A stretch of DNA of 64,000 bases from Azolla caroliniana. Its lineage: Eukaryota; Plantae; Polypodiophyta. Below are positions 23,233 through 37,100 of the stretch, in pieces. The DNA lies in the NCBI GenBank assembly GCA_043228905.1, contig JBHGNT010000005.1, positions 9,052,001-9,116,000 of the forward strand. Direction: 5' to 3'. Both the position numbers and the translations under genes were made by a program. The notes under the pieces are model-generated. The model had not been told where the DNA came from and searched no databases. It saw only the letters and a list, made by a program, of their open reading frames with translations. The number at the start of each line of letters is the position of its first letter. The stretch's first letter is position 1.

Positions 23233-24641
23233 GTGATTTGACTTTGTTGATCTCGGCGAGATCCATTCCTTCAATGACCAAATCATCCACGTAACGGATG
23301 ATGAAAATCAGGCTATCCGACTCGTTTTTGCATAACGCTTCCATTTCCTCATTCATCGCATCGACCCATCGCGGATCCTTTACGGCTTCGGAAAGCGTCT
23401 CCGGCTCCCGTACTGACGCTACCTTCATCATGAAGGCATAATGGTACACCATATAATCGTTGTAGCCAAAACGGCTTACGGGGTTCTTTTCATGGTTTGA
23501 TCGACGGAGTTTCTCATTTGCGGATAGGATACTAAGGCTTTCTTTGCTCCATTTGTCCGGATGATTGGGATGTCCAGGCCTTCGAACTCACTTTCGAGGG
23601 AGTGAGTCAACGCGTTGTCGATTGGATATTCATATTGGACATCTTGGCCTTCCCTTTGTCGAGTTTCGGACTCAGTCGAAATGTGCTTTGGTCCAGTGTG
23701 ATGACTCCCCCTTTTGCCAAATTCTCTGGGACCATTCCTGTCCGCTTGCTATTGGTGGGAGTTACGCTCTTGAGTCTGCCGACCATTACGGCCTTGTCCG
23801 AATCGACCTCTATTTCCATGGCTGAAATTTCTTCTATCATCCAACTAGGAGTAGAGTATATGACCCTCTGGTGCATTGCTCCTTTGTCGGGCGTGATTTT
23901 CCTCAACCAACAATATTGATTGGAGATCAAAAAATGAAGGAGGGTTCTTCCTTGCAAGGATGGCCGATCTAATGGAGCCAAATCGGGGTGCTAAGCCACC
24001 AAGGCATATTTGCACCATCTCTTCATCGTCCATTAGGACATTAATCGAACCGAGGGCATTGCACAACTCCTTGATCTTTAAGGTATAGCCCGTGATCAAC
24101 ATGTCCCTCTGTTGCATGTTGTTTCGCTCTTGTCGAAGTTGGAGCTGTCGTGCAGCCGTGTTGACCGCAAAGATCTTCTTGAGGTTTCCCCAAGCTTTTT
24201 TCGGTGTTTTCAATCTCAAATATAGCCAAGCATATGATCATGAACGCATGATGCAAGGCAATACAACACACGGCTTGCGGCCTACTCCCAAGCGGGATAG
24301 TCGGCGTGTGTTGGGTTGGGTTGAGTTTCATGAGCTCCTTCAATGTAGCTCCAGTAACCTTGTCCGACAAGGTATTGATGCATCTTGTATTGCCAAGATG
24401 TGAAGTTCGTTCTGTCAAGCTTCTCAATAGGAAGAGCGTTTCCTATCTTAGTGTTCATTATGTCAATTTCTTCTCTGTTGATGAGCCAGTTCTGTTGATC
24501 GTCAACGTGTACCACAACACAGTTGAATAGATTCGATTAAGCAACCACACGCTCTGATACCATGTAAATAAATGGAGTTGGTGGTGTAATGCATCGGAAG
24601 ATAATTGAGTGTGTGTGTGTGTGTGTGTATGCGCGTAAGGC

Positions 24642-24704
<63 letters not shown>

Positions 24705-27188
24705 AGACAGAGATAAAAGACTATATATTACATTAACCAAAATACTTCCAACAGTAACTAAGTTACAAGGGGTTGGTTTAAATACCAACTAAACTAGGTC
24801 AAGGGCCCTTTCTACTATTTACAAGACTAGCCTGGTATGTCCATGAGCTAGTGTGAAACCTATTACTATGGGAAGTTGAGTTCGACTCTCAACATATATT
24901 TATAAGCCGTAACCACTAAACTACTACAAGTTATTTATTATCATTATTATTATTTTCATTTACATATGATTTCATAAGATGTGTGTGGAAGCTAGTTTTT
25001 TCTCATAGTACACATGCCACACCACGACACCGTCTATCCGCTTTATAACCTGCCCAATCCGCATCTGTGTACCCTTCAAGTCGAATTATCGTATTTGACC
25101 TGTATCTAATGTCGTAATCCATCGTACCACATCCGTACCGAAGTACCCTCTTAGCACAATCAAGATGAAGGTTTCGCGGATTCTGCATGAATTGGCTAAG
25201 TAGGCCGGCTGAATAGCTGAGGTCAGGTCGCGTAATGCTTAGGTAGATGAGGTTGCCGATCAATTGGCGATACTGAGTTGGCTCGCCCGCGGTTGTGCCA
25301 GAATCGAAATCAAGCTTGAGATTACGGTCAAGCGGGGTGGACACAGGTTTGCACTTCGTCATCCCGAACTTGTAGAGTAAGTTGAGGACGTAGTGTCGTT
25401 GTGAGATCATTATCCCGACAGGTGTCCGAATTACTTCGATGCCTAAGAAGTAATGGAGCTCGTGTAGGTCTTTCATTTCGAATCTGCCGGAGAGGTGTTT
25501 TGACCTTGTTAATCTCGGCGAGATCCTTTCCTCCGATGACCAAATCATCCACGTATAGGATGATGACAATCGGGCTATCCGACTCGTTTCGGATGTATAG
25601 AGAATTATCCGATTTTGACATTCGAAATCCGACTTGATGAAGATACTGCGTGATCTTCGAATGCCATGCACGCGGTGCTTGTTTGAGGCCGTAGAGTGGC
25701 TTTCTTGAGTCAGCACACGGAGTTTCAATGATTGCACGATTCAAAACCAGGTGGTTGGATCATGTACACCTCCTCTTCTAATTCGCCTTGAAGAAAGGCG
25801 TTCTTGACGTCCATCTAGCGGAGGTGCCACCCTTTTGCTGCCGCGATGGCAATCATGGTACGCACAGTTGTCATCTTTGCCACAGGGCCAAAGGTCTCTT
25901 CGTAGTCAACTCTGTGTGTTTGTGCGTATCCTTTCACAATGAGCCGTGCTTTGAAGCGATTTATGGAGCTGTCGGCATTGTGTTTCACTTTGTAAATCCA
26001 TTGACAACCAATCGCTTTCTTGTGCGAGTGTGAGGAACGAGATCCCATGTCTCATTTTTGCATAGGGCTTGCATTTCTTCATTCATCGCGTCGACCCATC
26101 GCGGATCCGTTACGGCTTCGGAAAGGGTTTTCAGCTCCCGTACTGACGTTACCTTCATCATAAAGGCGTAATGGTACGTCATATAATCGTTGTAGCCAAA
26201 TCGGCTTATGGGGTTGTTTTCACGTGTGGATCGGCGGAGCTTCTCGTTTGCGGATACTAAGGCTCTCTTCGCTCCATTTGTCCGGATGTGAAGGCCTTCG
26301 AACTCACTATCGAGGGAGTGAGTCGATTCGTTGCCATTGAAGTGATCGTCTTCATACTCCGGCATTTTCGCCTTCCCTTTGTCCAGCTTCGGTCTCAGCC
26401 GAGATGTGCTTTGATCACTCAGAGGTTCTTGTGTTCCACTTATTCGGGTCGTGATTGGACTTTCATCGAACATGCGCGTAAGTCGATCTTCAGCTTCTGC
26501 CTCTATTTCGGTGTATTCCGGGTTGAGCAGAGTCGGAGTCGAAGTTGTCTCTGGTGTGTACCAGGATGCGGACTTGTCGAAAACGACATCTCAACTTGTT
26601 CAAACTTTTCGGGTAGATGGATTGTAGCATTTGTACCCCTTCTATTCAAGTGAGTACCCCACAAGGATACATTTCTCTGATTTTGGGTCGAGCTTCTGTC
26701 GCGCATCGTCGGGAATATGCACATAAGCGATTGAGCCGAAAATATGAACATGTGATAAGTCCAACTTCTTACCAAGAAACTTCTCATGGGGGGTTGTGTC
26801 GTGTACTCCCAAGTTTGTGCACCTGTTCATGAGGTATACGTCCGTGTTCGAAGAAGCCCAGTATGATTTCGATAGGTTCTTCTTGTTCATCATTGCCCAT
26901 GCAACCTCTACTATGTGCCGATTCTTCTGCTCGGCTACGCCGTTTTGCTGAGGTGTGTGACGGCATGAAAATTTTCTTCGGATTCCTTCCTTTCAGAGAT
27001 ACGCCGTAAACTCATCCAAGAAATATTCTTTGCCTCCATCTGATCGAAGGCAGCATACGTGCCGACTCGTAGTTTTTTCGACTTCGGTTTTGAACCTCTG
27101 GAAGTGTCCGAACAGTTCGGTGTTTTGTCTCATCGGGTAGATCCAAGTGTGCCTGGAGAATTCGTCGAAGAACGTGACGTAATATTAG

Positions 27189-28972
27189 CGTCGTGATGTT
27201 TCTAACACATAGTGTGAAACCACCCTCGAAAAGATGCAAAATAGTAGTTTAAATAAACTGGTATTGTGAAGTCAACTTTATTGGTAGCAAAAATACTTTT
27301 TCATTTTGCCAAAGATAATTCCTTATAAATAAAAGGTCAAAGGATAGAACCTTACAATAAATAATGATGATTATTAAGTTAGAGGCGGTTTTCAAAAGTA
27401 GACAAAAGTAGAGAAAAAGATGGAGAGAAAAAAAAAAGCACGCGTGGATATGAGGAGCACACCAGAGAAAAATGCTCATAATTCCCTTGTCAGATGTCCA
27501 AATTAGAAAAGAAAAGATGCATAAGAAAGCTAACCGAAAGAGGTTTCCAATAATATATTGCATGTGAAATTTGATGCTAGAAAACAGAAATAGTGAGGAA
27601 AAAAAAATTCGATTTATATAAACAAGCTTTTTTTAGGGGAAAAAGGCAAGCAATTCTAACCTATAAATAAGAGCCTATTCTAGTGAAGAAGGGGGGGAGG
27701 GAGAAGGAACGCGGAAGCTCTACTCAATTTGAAGGAAAAAGAAGAAGGATCAATGACATCGAGAGGCATCATTAACAAAGAATGACCTTCTTTTATATTC
27801 CACTCTCTTCTTTCATCCACCTCTCTTCCCTTTTCCTTTATAAATTATCTCTCATATTCATATCAAACCCATTGTAAAATTTATTCTTATTTTATAAAAA
27901 AATCTATTATATTGTAATAAACTAATGTTTGGTTTCACCTACGTGTCTTATATGTTATCGTCATTTGTGCTTATTTGTTTGTGTGTCTTGTGACAAGGGA
28001 GCATTTCGGGCTTGCCCATGCACCACTCCTTTCACAAAGGCATTCAAACTTACGTGTCTTATATGTTATTGTCATTTGTGCTTATTTTTTTGTGTGTCTT
28101 GTGACAAGGGAGCGTTTCAAGCATGCCCATGCACCTCTCCTTTCACAAAGGCATTCAAACTTACGTGTCTTATATGTTATTGTCATTTGTGCTTATCTGT
28201 TTGTGTGTCTTGTGACAAGGGAGTGTTTCGGGCTTGCCCATGCACCTTTCCTTTCACAAAGGTATATAAACTTTCATGTCTTGTGTGTTAGTGTAAATCT
28301 TTCTTGTGTGTTCGTGCGACTTGTGGCAAGGGAGCGTTCGGGCTTGCCCATGCACCTCTCCTTTCACAAAGGCGTTTGAAATCGTGTCTTGCGTGTTAGT
28401 GTAAATCTTGCTTGTATGTTCGTGCGACTTGTGGCAAGGGAGCGTTCGGGCTTTGCCCATGCACCTCTTCTTTCACAAAGGCGTTCTAAATTGTATCTCT
28501 TGTGTGTAAACCTTGCTTGTGTGTTTGCGTGCCTTGTAACAAAGGAGCGTTCGGGCTTGCTCATGTGTGTAAACCTCTCTTTTCACAAAGACATTTGAAA
28601 CTCTGTCTCCCATGTGTGTAAGTAAGCCTTTTCCTTGTGTGTTCGCGTGTCTTGTAACAAGGGAGTGTTCGGACTTCCCATGCACCTCTCTTTTCACAAA
28701 GGCATTCGAAACTCTGTCTCTCGTGTGTGTAAGTAAGCCTTTTCCTCGTGTGTCCATGTGTAAGCCTTCCTCACGTGCATTCGTTCGCCTTGTGACTAGG
28801 GGTTGATTCGGGCTTGCCCGTGCACCTCTCCTTTTCACAAACATGTTCGAATACTCGTGCCTTGTTTGTGTAAGCCTTCCTTGTGTTGTGCGTGTGAGCC
28901 CTATTTCCTTCCCGTCCATAACTCTGGCGGTTCTACCTCACGATCCGCACATAGTGATGGATTTTCACGACA
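27189..28972 (+). mobile_element. Solo-LTR-like element E (same family as D), 1784 bp, with an array of about 111-bp units (about 27940-28860)
   Basis: Starts CGTCGTGATG (compare D's TGTCGTGATG) and ends CACGACA; shares D's repeat core. It interrupts B's integrase motif GGxRYYV. The flanks are spaced as a 4-bp TSD but are degenerate (TTAG/ACGC). Confidence 0.75.
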
Positions 28973-29560
28973 ACGCCATCCGCCGAGTGTGCTTGTCTAG
29001 GCCTGTCCCCATACATCTGAATGTATGACATCAAGGATCCCTCTGCTCACATTCTGCTATGACTCAGTCGTCTCTTTCGATAAAGCACCCATCATTGTTG
29101 AATCGTACTTGCATTCCTTGTTTGACAATCTGGCCGACCGAGACCAGGTTTTTCGTGATGGTAGGAACATGTAGTACGTTCTTGAGGTAGGTTTGTTTGC
29201 CGTCGTTTCCGAATGGGATGTTCCCGATATGCTGTATTGGATGAGTCGTGTCATCGCCTATCTCGACATATCCGGGATGTTCGGGTCTTCGTAATTCCGG
29301 AAACCAATCTTCATGAGACGTCACATGGCTGGATGCTCCCGAGTCAACAAACCATACATTCTCTGAGGGCATGGTGCTTGTTTCATCTTGAGTCGCCATT
29401 GAGTGCGCTTTGTGCCGCATCATGAACATTCCGCTATGATCGTCGTAGTCAGAATTCGATGCGTAATTCGTGAACATTCCACAACGATTGTCGTAGTCGG
29501 AATTCGATGCGTAATTCGTGAACATTCCACTACAATTGTCGTAGTCGGATTTCGATGCAT

Positions 29561-30261
29561 TGTCATGAAGGATTTGATTCACGATATAAAAATAAACTTG
29601 AATATTGTATTAAGTAACATTTGAGAGACTTGAACCCATAACCTCACACACCAAGCATGAAGCATATACCATTAAGATAAGTTATTTTCTATAATTATGT
29701 TTTTATCATACTTATGACATGTGTATCTTCATACATTAGAGCTTAGATGAGCATGATGGCTATCATGCATCACATGTAAAGCATGTGCGCCAAACGGCGA
29801 TCATGCATCACATGCATCACATGCATTACATGCATGCCATGCACCCCCATATCATCATATGCATGAGAGAACCTATAAAGAGAGGCAAGGAATGAAGGGA
29901 TGAGGAAAGGGAAAACAAGGTAATCAATCAAAGAAGAGAAAGTGGGAGAAAAGAATTTAAGTAAATATTGAAGATATCTTATTCGGTGAAGAGCCTCGCG
30001 TTTCAAAGTGGAAGTTGTGGGTTCAAATCAGGGGTCGGTATTGAAAAGATTCATCTTGCGATCAAGGATTGTAAAGTTGGTAAAATATTATATTTTTAAT
30101 ATACATAATGTTTATATCATATACTCTTGTTCTTTGAATCATACTTTGTCTCAATCTTCTTTCTAGAATCATACTTTGTCTCAATCTTCTTTCTTGAATC
30201 ATACATTGTCTCAATCTTCTTTCTTGAATCATACATTGTCTCTATCTTTTATCTATGCTTG

Positions 30262-30294
<33 letters not shown>

Positions 30295-30431
30295 TTACTC
30301 ATAACTCTTCTTCTTACTATCCTTAACCATTCTATCATCACCATACAAGCCTTATTAAAAGTTAAGTTCCTTCAACTGCCCTTAACCTTAGCCCCCGCGA
30401 CTTCGCCGCACGAACCACAACTACCCCGACA
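29561..30431 (+). mobile_element. Solo-LTR-like element J, 871 bp
   Basis: Termini TGTCATG...CCCCGACA; 4-bp TSD GCAT/ACAT inside a 48-bp repeat whose other copies read GCGT; TATA at about 29873; 30-bp tandem repeat at about 30140-30250. Confidence 0.75.
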
Positions 30432-31546
30432 ACATAATTCGTGAACATTCCGCTATGATTGTCGTTGTCGAAATTCGATGCGTAGTTCGTGAGTTGTCGG
30501 CTGGTTGAAGCCGACTCTCGCTTCTTCTTTCAGCACTCCTCTTCACAGTGACCGAGTTTTCCACAGTATCCACATTTGATTGGGTTATCACGATTGCTTG
30601 GTCCGGCGTGATGACTCCCCCTTTTGCCGAACTCTCTGGGATTGTTCCTGACCGCTTGTCATTGGTGGGAGTTATGCTCTTGGGTCTGCTGACTGTGACC
30701 GCCTTGTCCGAATCGACCTCTATTCCCACGGCCGAAATTTGTTCTATCATTCGACTGGGAGTAGAGCATCTCGACCCTCTAATGCGTTGCTCCTTTGTCG
30801 GGCGTGATTTTCCTCGACTAGCAATATTGACTGGAGATCGAAAAAGGTGGGAGGATTCTCTCTTGCGAGGATGACAGACCTTATTGCGCTGAATCGAGGT
30901 GCCAAGCCTCTGAAGCATATCTGCACCATTTCTTCATCGTCAATGCCAACATTGATCGACCCGAGGGCATCGCACGACTCCTTGATCTTCAAGGTGTAGT
31001 TGCTGATTGACATGTCCCTTTGTTGAATGCCATTCAACTCCTGACGAAGCAAGAGCTTGCGGGTAGCCGTATTGGCCGTGAAGATCTTCTTGAGATTGCC
31101 CCACGCTTCTTTCGGCATTTTCGTCTCTCGAATATAGCCGAGCATGTGATCATGTACGCATGATGCAAGGCAATATAACACACGGCTTGCGGCCTGCTCC
31201 CAAACGGGATAGTCAACGTGTGTTGGATTGGGCTGCGTTTCGTGAGCTCCTTCAAAATAGCTCCAGTATCCTTGTCTGACAAGGTACTGATGCATCTTGT
31301 ACTCCCAAGATACGAAGTTTGTCCTATCAAGCTTCTCTATAGAAAGAGCGCTTCCCATCTGAGTATTCATGATGATTTCTTCTCTGTTTCTTGAATTGGT
31401 TCTGTTGATCATCGGTATGTAGAACACCACGGTGAATTAGTCTTGATCAGAAACCCACATGCTCTGATACCATGTAAAGAAAGGAGGGAGATTGTATGTA
31501 GCGGTAGGATTTTGTGTGTGTGTGTGTGTGTGTGAGCACTTATGAG

Positions 31547-31602
<56 letters not shown>

Positions 31603-31775
31603 TTAAGATGAGAAAACTATGTATTACATCCAACAGTAACAAGTTACAAAAGGTTGGTTTAAATACCAACTAAACTAGGGCAAGGGCCCTTTCTATTATT
31701 TACAAAACTAGTATGTCCATGAGATAGTGTGAATCCTATTTCTATGGGAAGTTGAGTTCGATTCTCAATAGTTAC

Positions 31776-33277
31776 GTAGTACCGACAGCCACCGAATGTT
31801 GCCGTTTGGGTTGGTCCCCATACTTCTAAATGTATTACATCCATGATTCCTTTGCTTACGTTCCTCTCCTTTGGGAATGATTGTCGGTGATGTTTGCCAA
31901 ATTGGCAAGCTTCGGACATGCCTACAATTTCCTTTTCGGTGAAAGTAGGGAGTCTGATGTTGACTCCTTTCGACTGCATTCCTTTGAGCTTTTGGAGGTT
32001 GATGTGGTCTATCCTCTTGTGCCACAAGTCTATGTCGGCATTGGCTCTCTGGCCCTTGGCATACATTGATGATTTCATCTCGTGAAACTCGAGGATGAAC
32101 ATCCAACCTTCTCTCCGACCATGAGCGATAAGTCAGCCTTCTTTTCGGATGAAGTATCCTCCATCGTTGAAGCCGACTTGCATGGCTTGTTCGACTATCT
32201 GGCCAACTGAGACCAAGTTCTTTGTTATTGTAGGAACATGCAGAACATTCTTGATGTAGGTTTGGTTGCCTTCTTCCCCAAATGGGACATTGCCGACATG
32301 TTGAATGGGGTGAATTCTGTCATCCCTAGTTTCCACATAGCCGGGTCATTTGGGCTTTCGTAGTTCTTTGAACCAATCCTCGCAGGATGTCATGTGGTTG
32401 GATGCACCCAAGTCAACAAACCATACATCTTCTGGTTTGGAGGTATTGGTCAAGTTGGAGGTTGTCATTAAGTTTGCTCTGTGCCTCATCACAAACATTC
32501 TGCCATGATTGTCCTAGTCGTACTTGGAGGCGTAGTTTGTGAGTTGTCAGCTTGTGGAGGCCGATTCACTCTTCTTTTTCCGACACTCTACCTCATAGTG
32601 GCCGAATTTACCACAATATCCGCATTGGGCAAGACTGTTTTGTCGGCTAGGTTCGGCATGATTGCTCTTGGTTGTGTCAACCTTGACCGAATCGGCCTTT
32701 CTTCCATGACCTTGTCCTCTTCCTCCATCAGAGTTCGAATAGAACATGTGTCCTTCTTGCAAATTGCTCCTCGTTCGGACGTGATTTTCTTCAACCAGTA
32801 ACATTGACTAGAGGTCGAAAAAGGAGGGAGGATTCTCTCTCATGAGGGCAGCTGAACCGAGGTGCTAGGCCTCCGAGGCAAATCTGCACCATTTCATTGT
32901 CATCATTGCTAACATTGATCGACTCGAGGGCATCGCACAACTCCTTGACCTTCAAGGTGTAGCTTGCGATTAGTATGTCCCTTTGTTGTATATCGTTCAA
33001 CTCTTGACAAAATTGAAGCTTTCTTGCGGTCGTGTTGGCCACAAAAATCTTCTTGAGGTTCCTCCATGCCTCCTTCGGCGTTTTGGCCTCTCGGATGTAG
33101 TCGAGCATGTGATCATGGACGCATGATGCAAGACAATACAACGCACGACTCGCCGCTTGCTCCCAAGCTAAGTAGTCGGCTTGTATTGGGTTGGGTTGCA
33201 AGGAGGTGGGGTGTTCACACACTTGAGTATCCTAGAGTGTGTTCCCACACACGGGAAGTTGAGTTTGGTTCTCAACA
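31776..33277 (-). mobile_element. Copia element A, 5' part (gag, protease, start of integrase) with only about 77 bp of its 5' LTR left
   Basis: Continues the split GGCRYYVT motif. Contains gag WEQAASRALYCL and the zinc knuckle CGYCGKFGHYEVEC. Ends GGGAAGTTGAGTTTGGTTCTCAACA, like the LTR termini of B and F. Confidence 0.85.
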
Positions 33278-33585
33278 AAATTGTTAAGCCACGTTTAAAC
33301 GGTTTGGTTCGGTTTAAGTTTAAGTTTTTTAATCGTTTGATGGTTTATGGTTACTTTTTTTTTATATAAATATATTTTTTAAACAACTTTTCATTTTTAA
33401 GCCTAATTTAAAATTTGAATATTTACCTAACTTGAAAACCGAAACTGAACCAAGAAATTGTTGTTTTAATGGTTTAGATTTTTTGTAACGGTTTGGTTTA
33501 AATGGTTTCCAAGTTCGGTTCGGTTCAAGTTTCAAAATTTTTAAACAGTTTTGTTTTGACACTCTCAAACCGTTGCCGATTGTTC
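33278..33585. mobile_element. Right half of a hAT-type MITE (same family as 40614-41079), the target of Copia A
   Basis: AAACCG/CGGTTT subterminal repeats and the TIR GTTGCCGATTGTT at about 33572-33584. Confidence 0.75.
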
Positions 33586-34152
33586 ATCCAACTCTCACAA
33601 CCCAAGGTCAACTTTTGTCAGATATTGCTTTTGTGTAAAGAAAGTGTAAAGAAGAATTAGTCCCTATTACTACATTTGTAGCCCACATGAAAAATGGTTG
33701 CTTTGCTTCATTGTCCCCTCCTCAGGTGCTGCTACAATCATCGTAGCATCTTAACTCAAACTTCATGCTATCAATCTTCAATACCCTTACTTTTCATCTT
33801 CGCATACGTACTTGACACGAACTTTGAATCTCAACATGTCACCTTCCAACATTGTTGGTTGTCTGGTAGTGTCATGGTGGTGTTGTTATTCACATAATAA
33901 ATAATAGGCAAATAGCCTGTTGATACCATTATCACACATCCCTCACATACGTACATCACGGTAATAAGAGAATGTAGATTGATTCTACAACTTTCGTATG
34001 GGACGAAAAACTATAAATTGTGCATGGACATCAACTACATAACCACATAATTGGGCTTGCAATTGAAATTCTGATTGTGAGGCACAAAATATTGTTTTAG
34101 AGATGGTTCCTCTCCTTGTATGTGCATGATTTTCCTATTCTTGAATCAAAGA

Positions 34153-37100
34153 GCAAGCGACGTGAAAGACAGAGAGGCAGAGTTTACCTTTCAACTCTCA
34201 TATCTCCCTCATCCGAAGTCAGAATCGGATGAGGTTTGAGTCATTTTGGGGGTTTTGGCACCTTCCGGATGGATTGAACATGTTGGATTCACTCAAATCT
34301 AAGAGGAGTGCAGACGTCAGGACCTACCTATTTCGATCTAAGTTGTGAGACACCAAGTTTGCTCATCTCATTACCTTTGTTAGACCTCTCAACATTTCAA
34401 CATACAAAGTAGCAGGTCTACCACATTATTTTTGTCAAGGATGGCTCAATCATCTTCTATATGGAATAAGAAGAGGAAAGAAATTATAGAAGATCTCGTA
34501 GATACAAAATGGCTTTAGGATAGTCTAGTAGAGGACTTTGTAGAGGCTAGAAAGACATGGGATGGACCTTTGCCAAGCAAGACATTTACTATCCCATCAC
34601 AAGACTTGTCGAAACCTTAAAAAGTGTACATATCAAATGCTATTATTCTTTTCTTTCCTAGGAAGATGCCATGTTTAAAGTCTATGCAATTAGTGGAGTT
34701 TATTTTGTTGCTAGAGGGTTTTACGAAGTATTGCTATCAGAACCGAAGTACAAAACTCAATTACTTGAAGAATCTCCTTTAACATATAGAGATCAAATGG
34801 TTCATGCGTTGTCGCGGTCTTTGACAAAAGACTATCAAGGGCTAATTCATCACAAATGGCCTGTCTGGGTGGAAATGCTTGACTTTCCACGAAATTGGAA
34901 TCACTTATTACCTACAATTGCGGCGGGAATGGGAAGAGTAGTATGCCCCCCAAAAACTACAAGTACTTCTAATAGATTTTGCATTCTTTGGGACACAGAT
35001 GTTCCAATCTTGGAAGGTATCACCCTAAACTCGGATGATCCAACTATTGGTGCAAGACCATTTAAGCTGAAATGGGGCAAATTTGTAGGTGCATGTTACA
35101 CATGTAACAAGTTTGGTCATATGCAATCAGAATGCCCAACACTGACTATTCAGCCACCTGAAACCACAATGTTGAAACCTACATCACTGAAAGAAAATAG
35201 TCAGGTTTCTTCTTCAAAGGCAAGAAACCAATCTATGATGCAACCCATCCAGAAACTAAGAGTACAAGACAAAGGGAAAAGTAAAGTCCTTTAGACAATT
35301 GGTAATGTGCAATCAAACATGCACGATTTGAGACAAGCCTTTGATGTGTACAAAGAGAACACTAAAGGATGGCAAATATCTAAGAAATCCTTTAGAAGCA
35401 AGACACATGTGGAGGTGAGGAACTACACTCACGCACTTGAGAATCAAGGTTCATCTTTACAGGTTAATGCTTCAATGCTCTCTTGAGTCTCAGAAGCCTG
35501 GAAAAGGGTGAGTACAGGCTCATATGTGGACATTTACGAAGATGGATGAAATGCAGATATTAGTCTTCATGCAAATAAGCATGGAGGTGATACTAATATG
35601 CAATCATATTAGTATTTTGCTTTGTTTTATATCTTCAACCATATTAATCATGCATAAACAAGTCAAATGTGTCTCTTTCAATACACAAGTTCTTTGTAAC
35701 CCTAGTAAATGGAAACTATTTTAGAACTATATTACCTCTTCTCAAGCAGATGTAATTTGTGTTCAAGAACATAAACAAGTTGAATTCAGTGGTCAAGTTG
35801 GTTCATTTGGAGGTTTTGACATCTTCTATGTAGGTCAAGGTACAACATTTGGAGTGCTTATGATCATAAAACATGAGCTAAATCCTACAGTTGCCTATAA
35901 TGATCAACATGGGAGGTGGATGGTTGTGCAATGCATGATAAATGGTGAGACATGATTTTGTTGAAATATATGCCTGGAATGCCTCAAGGGACAAAGCTTT
36001 ACTTTGGCGAGACATTTGTGCTTATCCATGGCCACAAAATGCATTTATATGTGGAGATTTCAACTACTCTACAAATGCATTTGATAACACTAGTGGGCAC
36101 TCACATATGTTGAGAGAGGAACAAGGTCAGTGGTATAATATGCAAAGCTCATTGGATTGGGTTGATTTATGGCAAATGACACAGCCACATGTTCCTGGTT
36201 TGACCTTTCATCACACCACCCACTCTACATACTATACAAGGCTTGATAGATGGTATTTGTTGCATGCTAGTCAGTATGAAAACTTTACATGTACAATGCA
36301 TATAGATCCTGCTTTGCAGTTGTCAGATCATGCTCCTGTCTGGCTAGACCTTCATTTTGGGAATCATTCCTATGAAGTGCATCTCCAAAGGAAGAGACTT
36401 ATGCTCATTAACAACAGTTACCTCAAGCATGAACTCTTTAAGAGGCTGGTCTATGACATAATACCTCCTCTTTATGTAGAAGTCAACATAGATGTTGATA
36501 TAGCGTGGATACATTTTGTACATAGATTACAAACAATAATACAAGAGTATGGGAAGTGGTATGTCTCAAGATAGAGAGATTACACTCAAGAAGCCAAATT
36601 TACTTGGACATAGAAGATCTTTGACTTTGCATGAAGAGGATGCATTGTGTATGGCCAAACACACATTGATGCTACATGACCAAAATAAATTGGAAAAATG
36701 GCAAGTTCGGTCAAGACAGTTTCCATTGAAAGACAAAGGATGCTCTTCTAAATCCTTCTTCAAAAGGTTGCATCTAATACGCCATAAGGAATCCATTAAA
36801 TTCATCAAAATTGTTGATGGTTTGTGGACGACAAACCGACTTGAACTAGCCAAGGAATGTGTAACTCACTTCCCTCACATGTTTGAGAACAAGGTAGTTG
36901 TTACAAATGCAATTAAACAAGCCAGAGATACATTCTTATCACTAGTTCAACCCACTATTTGTGTTGATAAAGCTATTGCTTTGGATGGAATATTCACAAT
37001 GGAGGAGCTTTTGGAGGCTCAGAAGGGCATCGGGAAAGGCAAAGTGCCTGGTTGGGATGGTATTACGTTAGAGTTCATTGCAGAATTTTGGGATGTCCTT

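Larger units (their letters stand above)
3655..24894 (-). mobile_element. Copia element F (internally deleted, non-autonomous), hosting G and I
   Basis: 5' LTR 24563-24894; iMet PBS 24551-24562; 3' LTR split into 3655-3889 and 16701-16755, then PPT; TSD TATAT at 3650-3654 and 24895-24899. gag at about 23700-24460, with RT/RNase H remnants. Confidence 0.9.
2687..25029 (-). mobile_element. LTR-like element C (TGTCG...CGACA family): about 1.1 kb of own sequence (2687-3654 plus 24900-25029), split by Copia F
   Basis: Termini TGTCGC/CACGACA; 4-bp TSD TCGT/CCGT. Removing it restores B's RNase H motif ADRRSTSGF. Its ends match element D in reverse orientation. Confidence 0.8.
1839..31770 (-). mobile_element. 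Copia element B (degenerate), carrying nested C, E and J
   Basis: 3' LTR 1839-2106 with PPT from 2107; 5' LTR 31473-31770; tRNA-iMet PBS 31461-31472; TSD GTTAC at 1834-1838 and 31771-31775. Own coding fragments at 2107-2686, 25034-27188, 28977-29560 and 30436-31430. Confidence 0.92.

Noticed and set aside
24844-24890. B-box-like GAGTTCGACTC at the Copia B/F LTR tip
   Set aside because: The best A-box is poor and only about 23 nt away, and the motif abuts the integrase attachment end.
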